DNA of 45,367 nt. It comes from a virus. Its lineage: Duplodnaviria; Caudoviricetes. The notes below the pieces were generated by a model that had not been told where the DNA came from, ran no database searches, and saw only the letters and a list, made by a program, of their open reading frames with translations. The stretch is from IMG/VR virus record IMGVR_UViG_3300042922_001044, positions 1 to 45,367 of that record, one strand, 5' to 3'. A program made the position numbers and the translations under genes. Below are positions 1-6,654 of the stretch, piece by piece; within the stretch, counting starts at the first letter, position 1, and each line of letters begins with the position of its first letter.

Positions 1-127
1 TTCCCCCTTTCTTTTTTATAATTAAGGGTTGAGGGTATTGTTACGTTGATAAGTTAATACCCATTACAAGCTCGCAATACGCCTGAATACAGCGCATTTT
101 GATTGACTTTATGCCGTAAAACTGCTA
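1..127. repeat. Terminal direct repeat, left copy (circular assembly overlap)
   Basis: 1-127 is identical to 45241-45367; 127 is a common assembler k-mer length. Confidence 0.95.
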
Positions 128-131
128 TACT
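103..131 (+). promoter_or_regulatory. Sigma-A promoter, antisense to the early operon
   Basis: TTGACT (103-108), 17 nt spacer, TGc-TATACT (126-131). Confidence 0.75.
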
Positions 132-137
132 TTTATT

Positions 138-210
138 AGAGTTTATGGCAGTTTTATCCAAAGTCTTTAGTGGTAAGCACCTTGTATTTGGTAGATACAA
201 GGTGCTTTTT
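138..210 (+). ncRNA. Putative ~70-nt countertranscript (antisense) RNA upstream of the HUH rep gene
   Basis: Lies between a consensus sigma-A promoter and a strong hairpin plus T-run that terminates only on the + strand; no supported ORF. Confidence 0.55.
175..210 (+). terminator. Rho-independent terminator
   Basis: AAGCACCTTGTAT-ttggtag-ATACAAGGTGCTT followed by a T-run. Confidence 0.8.
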
Positions 211-217
211 ATTTCTC

Positions 218-349
218 TTAATTATTAGGTTCTGATTGAGTTTTGCTATCAATGGAAGGTGTGTCTTGTTCAACAATCTCAGCTCCCTCGTCACAATCGC
301 ACTTTTCGCCTGGATCAAGATATGCACCGCATTTTTTGCAAATATACAA
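218..349 (-). CDS. Small Zn-binding phage protein (43 aa), missed by the ORF track
   Basis: TTG start with GGAGGTG RBS; MYICKKCGAYLDPGEKCDC motif common in clostridial phages. Confidence 0.8.
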   Translation of the reverse strand: MYICKKCGAYLDPGEKCDCDEGAEIVEQDTPSIDSKTQSEPNN

Positions 350-361
350 TTTACCACCTCC

Positions 362-517
362 TTACTTTTTATCTAATATCTTTCTTCTACTAGTCTTCCG
401 ATTCACAACTTCCATGACTAATGGTGTGTCCTTAACAACCAACCAATTATCAGGTTCTAAGCCATGGTTCTCAATAAATATTTTCTGTTTAACTCTTGGC
501 CGCTTCCCGTGCTTCAC
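362..517 (-). CDS. Small basic phage protein (51 aa, DUF6906-like), missed by the ORF track
   Basis: GTG start overlapping the upstream stop; MKHGKRPRVKQK...NWLVVKDTP. Confidence 0.75.
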   Translation of the reverse strand: MKHGKRPRVKQKIFIENHGLEPDNWLVVKDTPLVMEVVNRKTSRRKILDKK

Positions 518-735
518 ATCCACGCCCCCTTTACTTCATCAACCACCTCTTTGATTTCTGATTTTAAGGCTACTAATAAAGCGAATAATATGGGTAACAG
601 TAGTTCTCCTCCCGCTGCGTGATATCCTCGCTCCACGAATGCCACTTTAACAGCTATAGGTAAAATCAAAAGACCCAAAACGAAAGCTAATATGTATGAA
701 ATGCTTGTCCTATTTTTAAACCTGAATTTCCTCAT
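514..735 (-). CDS. Small membrane protein (two hydrophobic segments)
   Basis: RBS GAGGTG; ERGYxAxGGE motif between the hydrophobic helices. Confidence 0.75.
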   Translation of the reverse strand: MRKFRFKNRTSISYILAFVLGLLILPIAVKVAFVERGYHAAGGELLLPILFALLVALKSEIKEVVDEVKGAWM

Positions 736-753
736 GTGCTTTCACCTCGCTAT

Positions 754-1458
754 TTATTTATCTTTTTCTATTAATTCTTTAACGCCAATTGCTAATTCGG
801 CAAAAGCCCCTAACTGACCAAATCCTATATTGATTTTTTGACCTTGGTCTTCATCGATAAAACTTACATTTTTAATCTTCCTATCAATGTCAATCAGAAG
901 ATGATCAAATTGTAATGTTTTAACAATAAGCTTTATGGCTTGTACACTTTTTTCAATAACTATAGTGTTCTCAGGTACCTTTGTAATGATTTCACTTTCA
1001 ATAGCAGTATCAACAGTCTTTTCGATTGTTAAGTTGACTGGCCTAGGAGCTTCTTCAATGCCTGTCCAACTATCAATTGAGTAATTCTTAAACCAACCAT
1101 ATACTGTAGCAGGAGAAACTTTAAGACTCTTTGCAATACCATTGGCTGCTTTCGCCTTAGTAGGGTAGTTTTGAGTCATTTCTAAAAGCTTTTCTTTTGT
1201 AGGTACTTCAATTTTCTTCATATCTTCAACCCTTTCTATTTCCATCTCATTTTGTAAAACCAATAGCTTGTCCACCGTGTCTTTATAATTTCCTCGGTCT
1301 ACAGTAATAAAGTTCTTTTGTTCCTGGATCACTGTGCAAACATAAGATTTAGATTTGCCCCTATTCCATTGAGTAACTTCAATTTTCTCTCCAGGCTCTA
1401 ATCCATACATTGTAGGTTTAGTTCTTTGATCCTTACTAGAATCTTGGGTAGTGTGCAT
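754..1458 (-). CDS. Hypothetical protein with a central HTH
   Basis: RBS GAGGT; IAKSLKVSPATVYGW HTH signature. Confidence 0.7.
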   Translation of the reverse strand: MHTTQDSSKDQRTKPTMYGLEPGEKIEVTQWNRGKSKSYVCTVIQEQKNFITVDRGNYKDTVDKLLVLQNEMEIERVEDMKKIEVPTKEKLLEMTQNYPTKAKAANGIAKSLKVSPATVYGWFKNYSIDSWTGIEEAPRPVNLTIEKTVDTAIESEIITKVPENTIVIEKSVQAIKLIVKTLQFDHLLIDIDRKIKNVSFIDEDQGQKINIGFGQLGAFAELAIGVKELIEKDK

Positions 1459-1471
1459 TTACCTCATCCCC

Positions 1472-1711
1472 TTACTTCCTTAACTCTGCTCTACATATCT
1501 TGCAGATATTCTTACCTTTATGAGCTGTTACTTTATCTGCTTGTCCACAAAACACACAGGCTGGTTCGTATTTTCTGAGGATAATGTTTGCACCATCTAC
1601 AAAAATTTCCATGCCATCCTTTATCTCAATGTTCAGGGTTCTTCTGAGCTCTATTGGTATTACTACCCTTCCGAGCTCATCAACCTTTCTAACTATGCCG
1701 GTACTCTTCAT
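1472..1711 (-). CDS. abrB: AbrB-family transition-state regulator
   Basis: MKSTGIVRKVDELGRVVIPIELRRTL is the AbrB N-terminus; C-terminal CxxC...CxxC as in clostridial AbrB. Confidence 0.93.
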   Translation of the reverse strand: MKSTGIVRKVDELGRVVIPIELRRTLNIEIKDGMEIFVDGANIILRKYEPACVFCGQADKVTAHKGKNICKICRAELRK

Positions 1712-1732
1712 TTGTTTTCCCCCTTTAAATTT

Positions 1733-1921
1733 CTATATTTCATTTTCGCTGACACCTACATATTCGCTAAACTGCTTAGGAGATATGTAGTAAGTCCATT
1801 TACTGCTTAACTTTACAGCTGTTCCAAATGGTAATAATCCTCTTTGTAGTCCAATTCGGATGAATTGTTGCGACTTGCCCATGATTTCAGCTGCTCTTAT
1901 GACTGACAAACTCTTACTCAT
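1733..1921 (-). CDS. Small HTH DNA-binding protein, possible excisionase (62 aa)
   Basis: Start moved to ATG 1921 (GGAG RBS); LSVIRAAEIMGKSQQFIRIGLQRGLLPFG resembles Xis/MerR-type HTH. Confidence 0.65.
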   Translation of the reverse strand: MSKSLSVIRAAEIMGKSQQFIRIGLQRGLLPFGTAVKLSSKWTYYISPKQFSEYVGVSENEI

Positions 1922-2423
1922 ACAAACTCCCTTCTCCATCAAGCTGAAAATCAAACCTACTTCTTTCAAGCAATATCTCCTCAATCTTTGCTGCATCATA
2001 TTGCCTATTTGCGAAATTATTAAAGCTTGGTTTTGCAGCTGCATTATTATTTGGTTTAGTTTTATTTAGTTTATTAATAGCGACATGTTGCGAGACAATT
2101 TGCACCCCAACTTGTGAGACACTTTGAGAGACAGTTTGTGCGTCTATTAGACTCACAAGACGGTATACAGCGCTTTGATTACCAGAACGAGAATTCCAAG
2201 TTATCCTTCCCTTTTGAGCCAGTTCATTACGAGCTCTCTCAATTGTCTTTTTACTCATCCCCGTTTTTAGTTCAAGAACTGATATAGCTACAGCAAACTC
2301 TCGTTGCCAACCTGCCTTATTGTTGATATGCATTAGCGCATACCAGAGACCAATTGCATGTTCAGACATAGTGTTTGTTTCGAGCCAATCATACAGGGCA
2401 TTTATTTCAGTTAAATAATTCAT
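1914..2423 (-). CDS. Phage replication initiator (DnaD-like N-terminal wHTH)
   Basis: MNYLTEINALYDWLE...LWYALMHINNKAGW N-terminus; internal iteron-encoded repeats; C-terminal FNNFxxRxYD motif typical of clostridial DnaD/DnaB-like proteins. Confidence 0.75.
   Translation of the reverse strand: MNYLTEINALYDWLETNTMSEHAIGLWYALMHINNKAGWQREFAVAISVLELKTGMSKKTIERARNELAQKGRITWNSRSGNQSAVYRLVSLIDAQTVSQSVSQVGVQIVSQHVAINKLNKTKPNNNAAAKPSFNNFANRQYDAAKIEEILLERSRFDFQLDGEGSLYE
2049..2139. repeat. Putative theta origin: five 12-bp iterons plus an AT-rich tract inside the initiator gene
   Basis: gcgacatgttgc / gagacaatttgc / accccaacttgt / gagacactttga / gagacagtttgt at 2080-2139; T-rich tract at 2049-2076. 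Confidence 0.6.
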
Positions 2424-2461
2424 CAGATCACCTTTCTAGTAAAACCCCCTATACATGGTTA

Positions 2462-2671
2462 CTATGGTTCTCTGTCCTCGCATTCACAATCAATCAAATC
2501 ATTAGGCGTGCATCCAAGAGCTCTACAGAGTTTGCAAATTGTATCTGCCTTTGGCATATAATAGCCGCTCTCTAACTCTGATATATGATGTCTGGCCACT
2601 CCTGAGTAAATTGCCAACTTCCCTTGACTCCAACCTCTTATCTCCCGAACTTCCTTCAGCCTAAGCTTCAT
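2462..2671 (-). CDS. XRE-family HTH regulator
   Basis: LKEVREIRGWSQGKLAIYSGVARHHISELESG; RBS AAGGAGG. Confidence 0.88.
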   Translation of the reverse strand: MKLRLKEVREIRGWSQGKLAIYSGVARHHISELESGYYMPKADTICKLCRALGCTPNDLIDCECEDREP

Positions 2672-2727
2672 GTTCGGGTCCTCCTTTAAATTCCAGTAAA
2701 TTAGTTATCTCAAGTGGGATACTATTA

Positions 2728-2958
2728 TTAAGCGGATGATTCCGTACTCATTTTGAGTATTTCGGTGTTAAAAAAAATTTCCTCGTAGGTCTGCTTAAAA
2801 ATGTCTTTGATAATTTCTATCTCTGTCATTGTAAAGTCGTACTCCCCATTTATTTTCCGGCTTAATGTAGATGGAGAAATATTCAATTTTTTAGCTAAAT
2901 CAGGGTTTTTGATTCCGAACTTTACCATGAGGGCTTTTAAGTTATTATGTTTTGGCAT
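2728..2958 (-). CDS. cro: Cro-like XRE HTH repressor
   Basis: First gene after the leftward lytic promoter, divergent from cI; HTH DLAKKLNISPSTLSRKINGE; start moved to 2958 on the basis of the RBS. Confidence 0.8.
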   Translation of the reverse strand: MPKHNNLKALMVKFGIKNPDLAKKLNISPSTLSRKINGEYDFTMTEIEIIKDIFKQTYEEIFFNTEILKMSTESSA

Positions 2959-3104
2959 TTCATCACCACCTCTCGTACTCAAATTGCGTATCGCTTAATT
3001 AATAATATAATACTCATTTTGAGTACTGTCAATAGTATTTTGCTATAAATCTAAAAAAATATACGAGTTTTGAGTAATATGTTTCATAATTCGCAATATG
3101 AATA
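2745..3104. promoter_or_regulatory. Genetic switch: five 15-bp palindromic operators (TACTCA-NNN-TGAGTA)
   Basis: Perfect copies at 2745-2759 and 3011-3025; variants at 2976-2990, 3062-3076 and 3090-3104. Confidence 0.8.
3004..3032 (-). promoter_or_regulatory. Lytic sigma-A promoter with an operator in its spacer
   Basis: TTGACA, 17 nt, TATATT on the minus strand; operator 3011-3025 lies between the boxes. Confidence 0.8.
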
Positions 3105-3138
3105 TATAATATAAATATCAATGTTGGAGGTATATACT

Positions 3139-3501
3139 ATGAAATTTCACGACAGATTAAGAGATTTAAGAGTAGAAACAGATTTAAATCAAAAAGAGTT
3201 TTCGCATAAGATAGGTATGCCTTATACAACATATAATGGATATGAATCTGGTAAAAGAGAGCCAGATATAGAGACGTTGAAAATGCTATCAAATTATTTT
3301 AATGTCTCGCTAGACTACCTACTTGGAAGAGTGGATCAACGCACATTTGTTATCCATAAGGATAATGTAGATGGGCATGAAATTGAATATTCTTTAGATA
3401 AAGATAAATATCCCGATGGATTAACCCATGAAGAAGTATTAGAGGTGTTAGAAAACTTTAAGAAGATGGGTATGGATTTTAGTAAATTTAAGAAAGATTA
3501 A
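3139..3501 (+). CDS. cI: CI-like XRE repressor (120 aa, no S24 peptidase domain)
   Basis: HTH RLRDLRVETDLNQKEFS...YESGKREPD...VSLDYLLGR; RBS GGAGGT; divergent from cro. Confidence 0.88.
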   Translation: MKFHDRLRDLRVETDLNQKEFSHKIGMPYTTYNGYESGKREPDIETLKMLSNYFNVSLDYLLGRVDQRTFVIHKDNVDGHEIEYSLDKDKYPDGLTHEEVLEVLENFKKMGMDFSKFKKD

Positions 3502-3589
3502 TATAAAAATATATTCCGAGAGGGATATTTTTTTATGCCTATATAAGGTAATATGTTTATAAATAGTAAATATTAGGGAGGACTTATAA

Positions 3590-4936
3590 ATGTTTAAACA
3601 ACAAATGAAGGGATTCTTATGTGGAATCATCGTAACAGTTCTATTGTTTTCAATGGTTTTTGCAGCTCCGGTAACAAAAACACTTAAAGTAGTAATGAAC
3701 AATATAAATATGCAGATAAACGGAAAAGCTGTAAAGTCAGATATTATTGTCTATAACGATATTCCTTATGCTCCTATTAAGACAGTTTCAGAAGCATTAG
3801 GGAAACAATTTACATGGGATGTAAAAACATATGCTGTAACAATTAAAGACAAGGCCATGGCTCCTGTTCCTAAGCCTGCTCCTGCGCCAGTTCCTAAGCC
3901 AATAGATAAAATCAGTTCTAGATCAAATCCAGCTAATATTAACGAGACTATCTTTGTAACTACAAGCACATATGATAAAACAGTATTTGAGTCCGCAATA
4001 ACAATATTAGAAATAATTAGAGGAAATAGCGCATGGGAAACTATATATAACAGAAATAAATATAATGAACCTGCACCAGATGGATATGAATATATTCTTG
4101 CTAAGATTAAGGTAAAGCTTAACAAGTCTTCTGTTAAAGATCTTCAATTTCAAGTAAGCGATTATGATTTTACACTGGTATCTAGTACAGGTGTGGATTA
4201 TGAGAGAAAATCTGTTGTTGTACCAAGTCCTGAATTAAATGCTAAATTATATGAAGGTGGAGAGTCCGAGGGATGGGTAGTATTTACAGTTAAAACTACT
4301 GATAAATATCCTTTAATAGCATTTGGAAGAGATTATAGTGGAAAAGGCGGGGTCTGGTATAGGGCATATAACCCCGATACTCCAACTCAAAACCAAACAA
4401 CGACTATAAATCCAATTGTAGATACTTCTAATACAACTATTTTAAACCCGAGCAAATCACAAACGCCTTTAACAACATATGATGACTTGAAGAACTTTTT
4501 AAATAATAACTACGCTACTCTTGAAACTGTTATTGGAAAGACAAATTTCACCTTTGAAATAACTGAAAATACAAAATCTTTTGAGCCCTCTGATTATTGG
4601 ATTCGAGTCAAATATGACTACAATTTCTTTGGTGGCGCTATGTCGAACATCAAATATACTGACGAACAAAAAAACTTACTAAGACAACAACTCAAAGGGC
4701 ACCAAGAGTCATTAGCTAGAGCCGTAATAGCTGCTATGCCAACTAAAAAGTTCTATGGTGGTTATTATGATTCATGGTATAAATACCCAACCCTAAAGGT
4801 TGATTTACAAACACGTTATTATTATAGCTGGACTAATTATGATCAGCCTGACATGAGCGGTGATATTAACCAGATTTACAACAAAGCTAAACCTTCTCAA
4901 TTCCGTTGGTATAGCCTAATAGATAATACTTTATAG
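3590..4936 (+). CDS. Secreted/surface protein (signal peptide, copper-amine-oxidase-like N-terminal domain, DUF4352-like Ig-fold domain)
   Basis: Signal peptide ending SMVFA; YNDIPYAPIKTVSEALGKQFTWD; Pro-rich linker; LYEGGESEGWVVF. Confidence 0.75.
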   Translation: MFKQQMKGFLCGIIVTVLLFSMVFAAPVTKTLKVVMNNINMQINGKAVKSDIIVYNDIPYAPIKTVSEALGKQFTWDVKTYAVTIKDKAMAPVPKPAPAPVPKPIDKISSRSNPANINETIFVTTSTYDKTVFESAITILEIIRGNSAWETIYNRNKYNEPAPDGYEYILAKIKVKLNKSSVKDLQFQVSDYDFTLVSSTGVDYERKSVVVPSPELNAKLYEGGESEGWVVFTVKTTDKYPLIAFGRDYSGKGGVWYRAYNPDTPTQNQTTTINPIVDTSNTTILNPSKSQTPLTTYDDLKNFLNNNYATLETVIGKTNFTFEITENTKSFEPSDYWIRVKYDYNFFGGAMSNIKYTDEQKNLLRQQLKGHQESLARAVIAAMPTKKFYGGYYDSWYKYPTLKVDLQTRYYYSWTNYDQPDMSGDINQIYNKAKPSQFRWYSLIDNTL

Positions 4937-4950
4937 AAAATATTTAATTG

Positions 4951-4977
4951 AGAAAGCTTAATTGCTTTCTTTTTTTT
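4951..4977 (+). terminator. Rho-independent terminator
   Basis: AGAAAGC-ttaatt-GCTTTCT followed by a long T-run. Confidence 0.7.
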
Positions 4978-5144
4978 GTTTTGACTTGTCGTAATTTGTC
5001 ATAATTGCTTGTACGATTCTTATAATATGGTAGAAACTCCGACGGGGAAAGAGATTGACTGAAATAGAATACTCTTAGTATGAAAATATAACCAAATTTT
5101 GGTTAGTAACTATTCAACAATGGTGATACAATGAAAGAACAAAA

Positions 5145-5166
5145 TACGAACATATGTTCGTATAAT
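5145..5166 (+). promoter_or_regulatory. LexA (Cheo) box abutting a -10 element
   Basis: Perfect palindrome TACGAACATATGTTCGTA (consensus CGAAC-N4-GTTCG) overlapping TATAAT at 5161-5166. Confidence 0.88.
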
Positions 5167-5186
5167 TTTAAGGGGGTGCACATATA

Positions 5187-5345
5187 TTGTTGCATGATTT
5201 TGGATTTTTTAAGATTGATGGAGATATTATTTACCAAAACAAACCAGTCGGAATACAGGACATGGAACGATATACCTCCACTAATAAGCCTGATTCTGAA
5301 GTAAACTTATTTCAGAAGGCTGGTGATGATATTGAAGAAATTTAA
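5187..5345 (+). CDS. Small acidic SOS-controlled protein (52 aa), candidate antirepressor; missed by the ORF track
   Basis: RBS AAGGGGGTG, TTG start; MLHDFGFFKIDGDIIYQNKPVGIQDMERYTSTNKPDSEVNLFQKAGDDIEEI. Confidence 0.6.
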   Translation: MLHDFGFFKIDGDIIYQNKPVGIQDMERYTSTNKPDSEVNLFQKAGDDIEEI

Positions 5346-5354
5346 TAAAAGGAG

Positions 5355-6392
5355 ATGTTTATTATAAGATTGCCAAATGGTCATGGAACTGTATATAAAC
5401 TCTCCGGCAAAAGAAGAAAACCTTGGATAGCTAGAATAACAACTGGATGGGATGCAGAAGGAAAACAATTGTTTCAGACTATAGGATATTTTAAAGAAAA
5501 AACAGAGGCATTGGATGCGCTAACCCTTCATCGAGTAAACCCAGTGTCACCAAAATCAAATATAACACTCAAAGAGCTATACGATGAATGGTCAATTGCT
5601 AAATATGAATATATATCAAAGTCAACCGTTGATGGCTATAAGGCTGCCTGGAAGTATTTATCTAAATTTGAAAACGCAAAATTCAAAGAACTTCGCACTT
5701 CTCATATACAATCAGTAATAGATGGTTATTATAAATCCAAGATGAGTAGATCCTCGTTGGAAAAAATAAAAGCTGTTGCTACAATGCTTTATAGCTATGC
5801 TCTAGAAAATGATATTGTAAATAAGAGTTATGCAGAATTCTTAAGGCTTCCTAAATCTGAGAAAGAAGAAAAAGAAATATTTACAGATTTAGAAATTCAG
5901 AAGATAGAAAAGAATGTCGGTGAAGTAGAATGGTTAGATACAGTGCTTATATTAATTTATAGCGGTATGAGAATATCAGAGCTTTTAGAGCTTACTAAGT
6001 TTAGCCTTGATATGGATAAGCAGCTCATCACTGGCGGCGTAAAAACTGATGCCGGTAAAAATAGAGTTATTCCTATTCATCCGAAGATATTCCCACTTAT
6101 AAAGAAGTGGTATGATAAAAATGGCGAGAGGCTTATATGCACTGATGAAGGCAAGAGCCTCTCTGTCGACTATTTTAGGAGAAAGAAGTATTATATCGCT
6201 CTTGAGAAAATTGGAGTGCGAAAACTAAGCCCACACGCATGCAGGCATACTTTTGCAAGCTTGATGGCCAAAGCAGGTGTGGATACTCTTTATATTCAGA
6301 AAATTATAGGACACGAAGATTATGCTACAACTGCTAACCTTTATACTCATACTGATGTTGATGAACTGAAAAAAGCAATTGGTAAAATATAG
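5355..6392 (+). CDS. int: Tyrosine integrase
   Basis: RLPNGHGTVYKLSGKRRKPW arm-binding N-terminus; SGMRISE, KT, HACRH, IGH and LYTH catalytic motifs. Confidence 0.96.
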   Translation: MFIIRLPNGHGTVYKLSGKRRKPWIARITTGWDAEGKQLFQTIGYFKEKTEALDALTLHRVNPVSPKSNITLKELYDEWSIAKYEYISKSTVDGYKAAWKYLSKFENAKFKELRTSHIQSVIDGYYKSKMSRSSLEKIKAVATMLYSYALENDIVNKSYAEFLRLPKSEKEEKEIFTDLEIQKIEKNVGEVEWLDTVLILIYSGMRISELLELTKFSLDMDKQLITGGVKTDAGKNRVIPIHPKIFPLIKKWYDKNGERLICTDEGKSLSVDYFRRKKYYIALEKIGVRKLSPHACRHTFASLMAKAGVDTLYIQKIIGHEDYATTANLYTHTDVDELKKAIGKI

Positions 6393-6468
6393 ACAACTAA
6401 CAAAAAAATAAAAACTAACAAACAACTAACAACAGGGTTCAAAGCATTGGCTTTGCTTGCAGGATGTT

Positions 6469-6517
6469 TTGAATGGGGTTCAAGAGGTCGCAGGTTCAAA
6501 TCCTGTTACCCAGACCA
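6469..6517 (+). other. attP core: 3' half of tRNA-Pro(GGG)
   Basis: TTGA-ATGGGGT-TCAAG anticodon arm, GCAGGTTCAAATCCTGT T-arm, ends ACCA; no D-arm or 5' half; directly downstream of int. Confidence 0.9.
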
Positions 6518-6530
6518 TGAAAAGAATAGT

Positions 6531-6567
6531 AAAATCCAGCAATCTGAGTGATTAGCTGGATTTTTTA
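6531..6567 (+). terminator. Terminator after the tRNA fragment (possibly bidirectional)
   Basis: AAAATCCAGC...GCTGGATTTTTT. Confidence 0.75.
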
Positions 6568-6654
6568 TTTTATCCATTTTGACTAAAAAACCTTATGAAA
6601 TCCTACGAAATTTCACCCGTAACTAACATAAAACTAACATTTATTTGTGTTTTA

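Larger units (their letters stand above)
6395..6639 (+). repeat. Integrase arm-type sites flanking the attP core
   Basis: AACTAACA at 6395, 6413 and 6424 (left) and at 6621 and 6632 (right). Confidence 0.75.

Noticed and set aside
154-554. ORF-track calls 154..357 (-) and 243..554 (+)
   Set aside because: Better-supported small genes with RBSs occupy this space (218..349 and 362..517)
4986-5004. Tandem Spo0A-box-like heptamers TGTCGTA / TGTCATA
   Set aside because: One and two mismatches to TGNCGAA with no clearly associated promoter
6469-6517. Functional tRNA-Pro gene
   Set aside because: Only the anticodon arm to CCA is present; no acceptor 5' strand or D-arm, so it is the attP core
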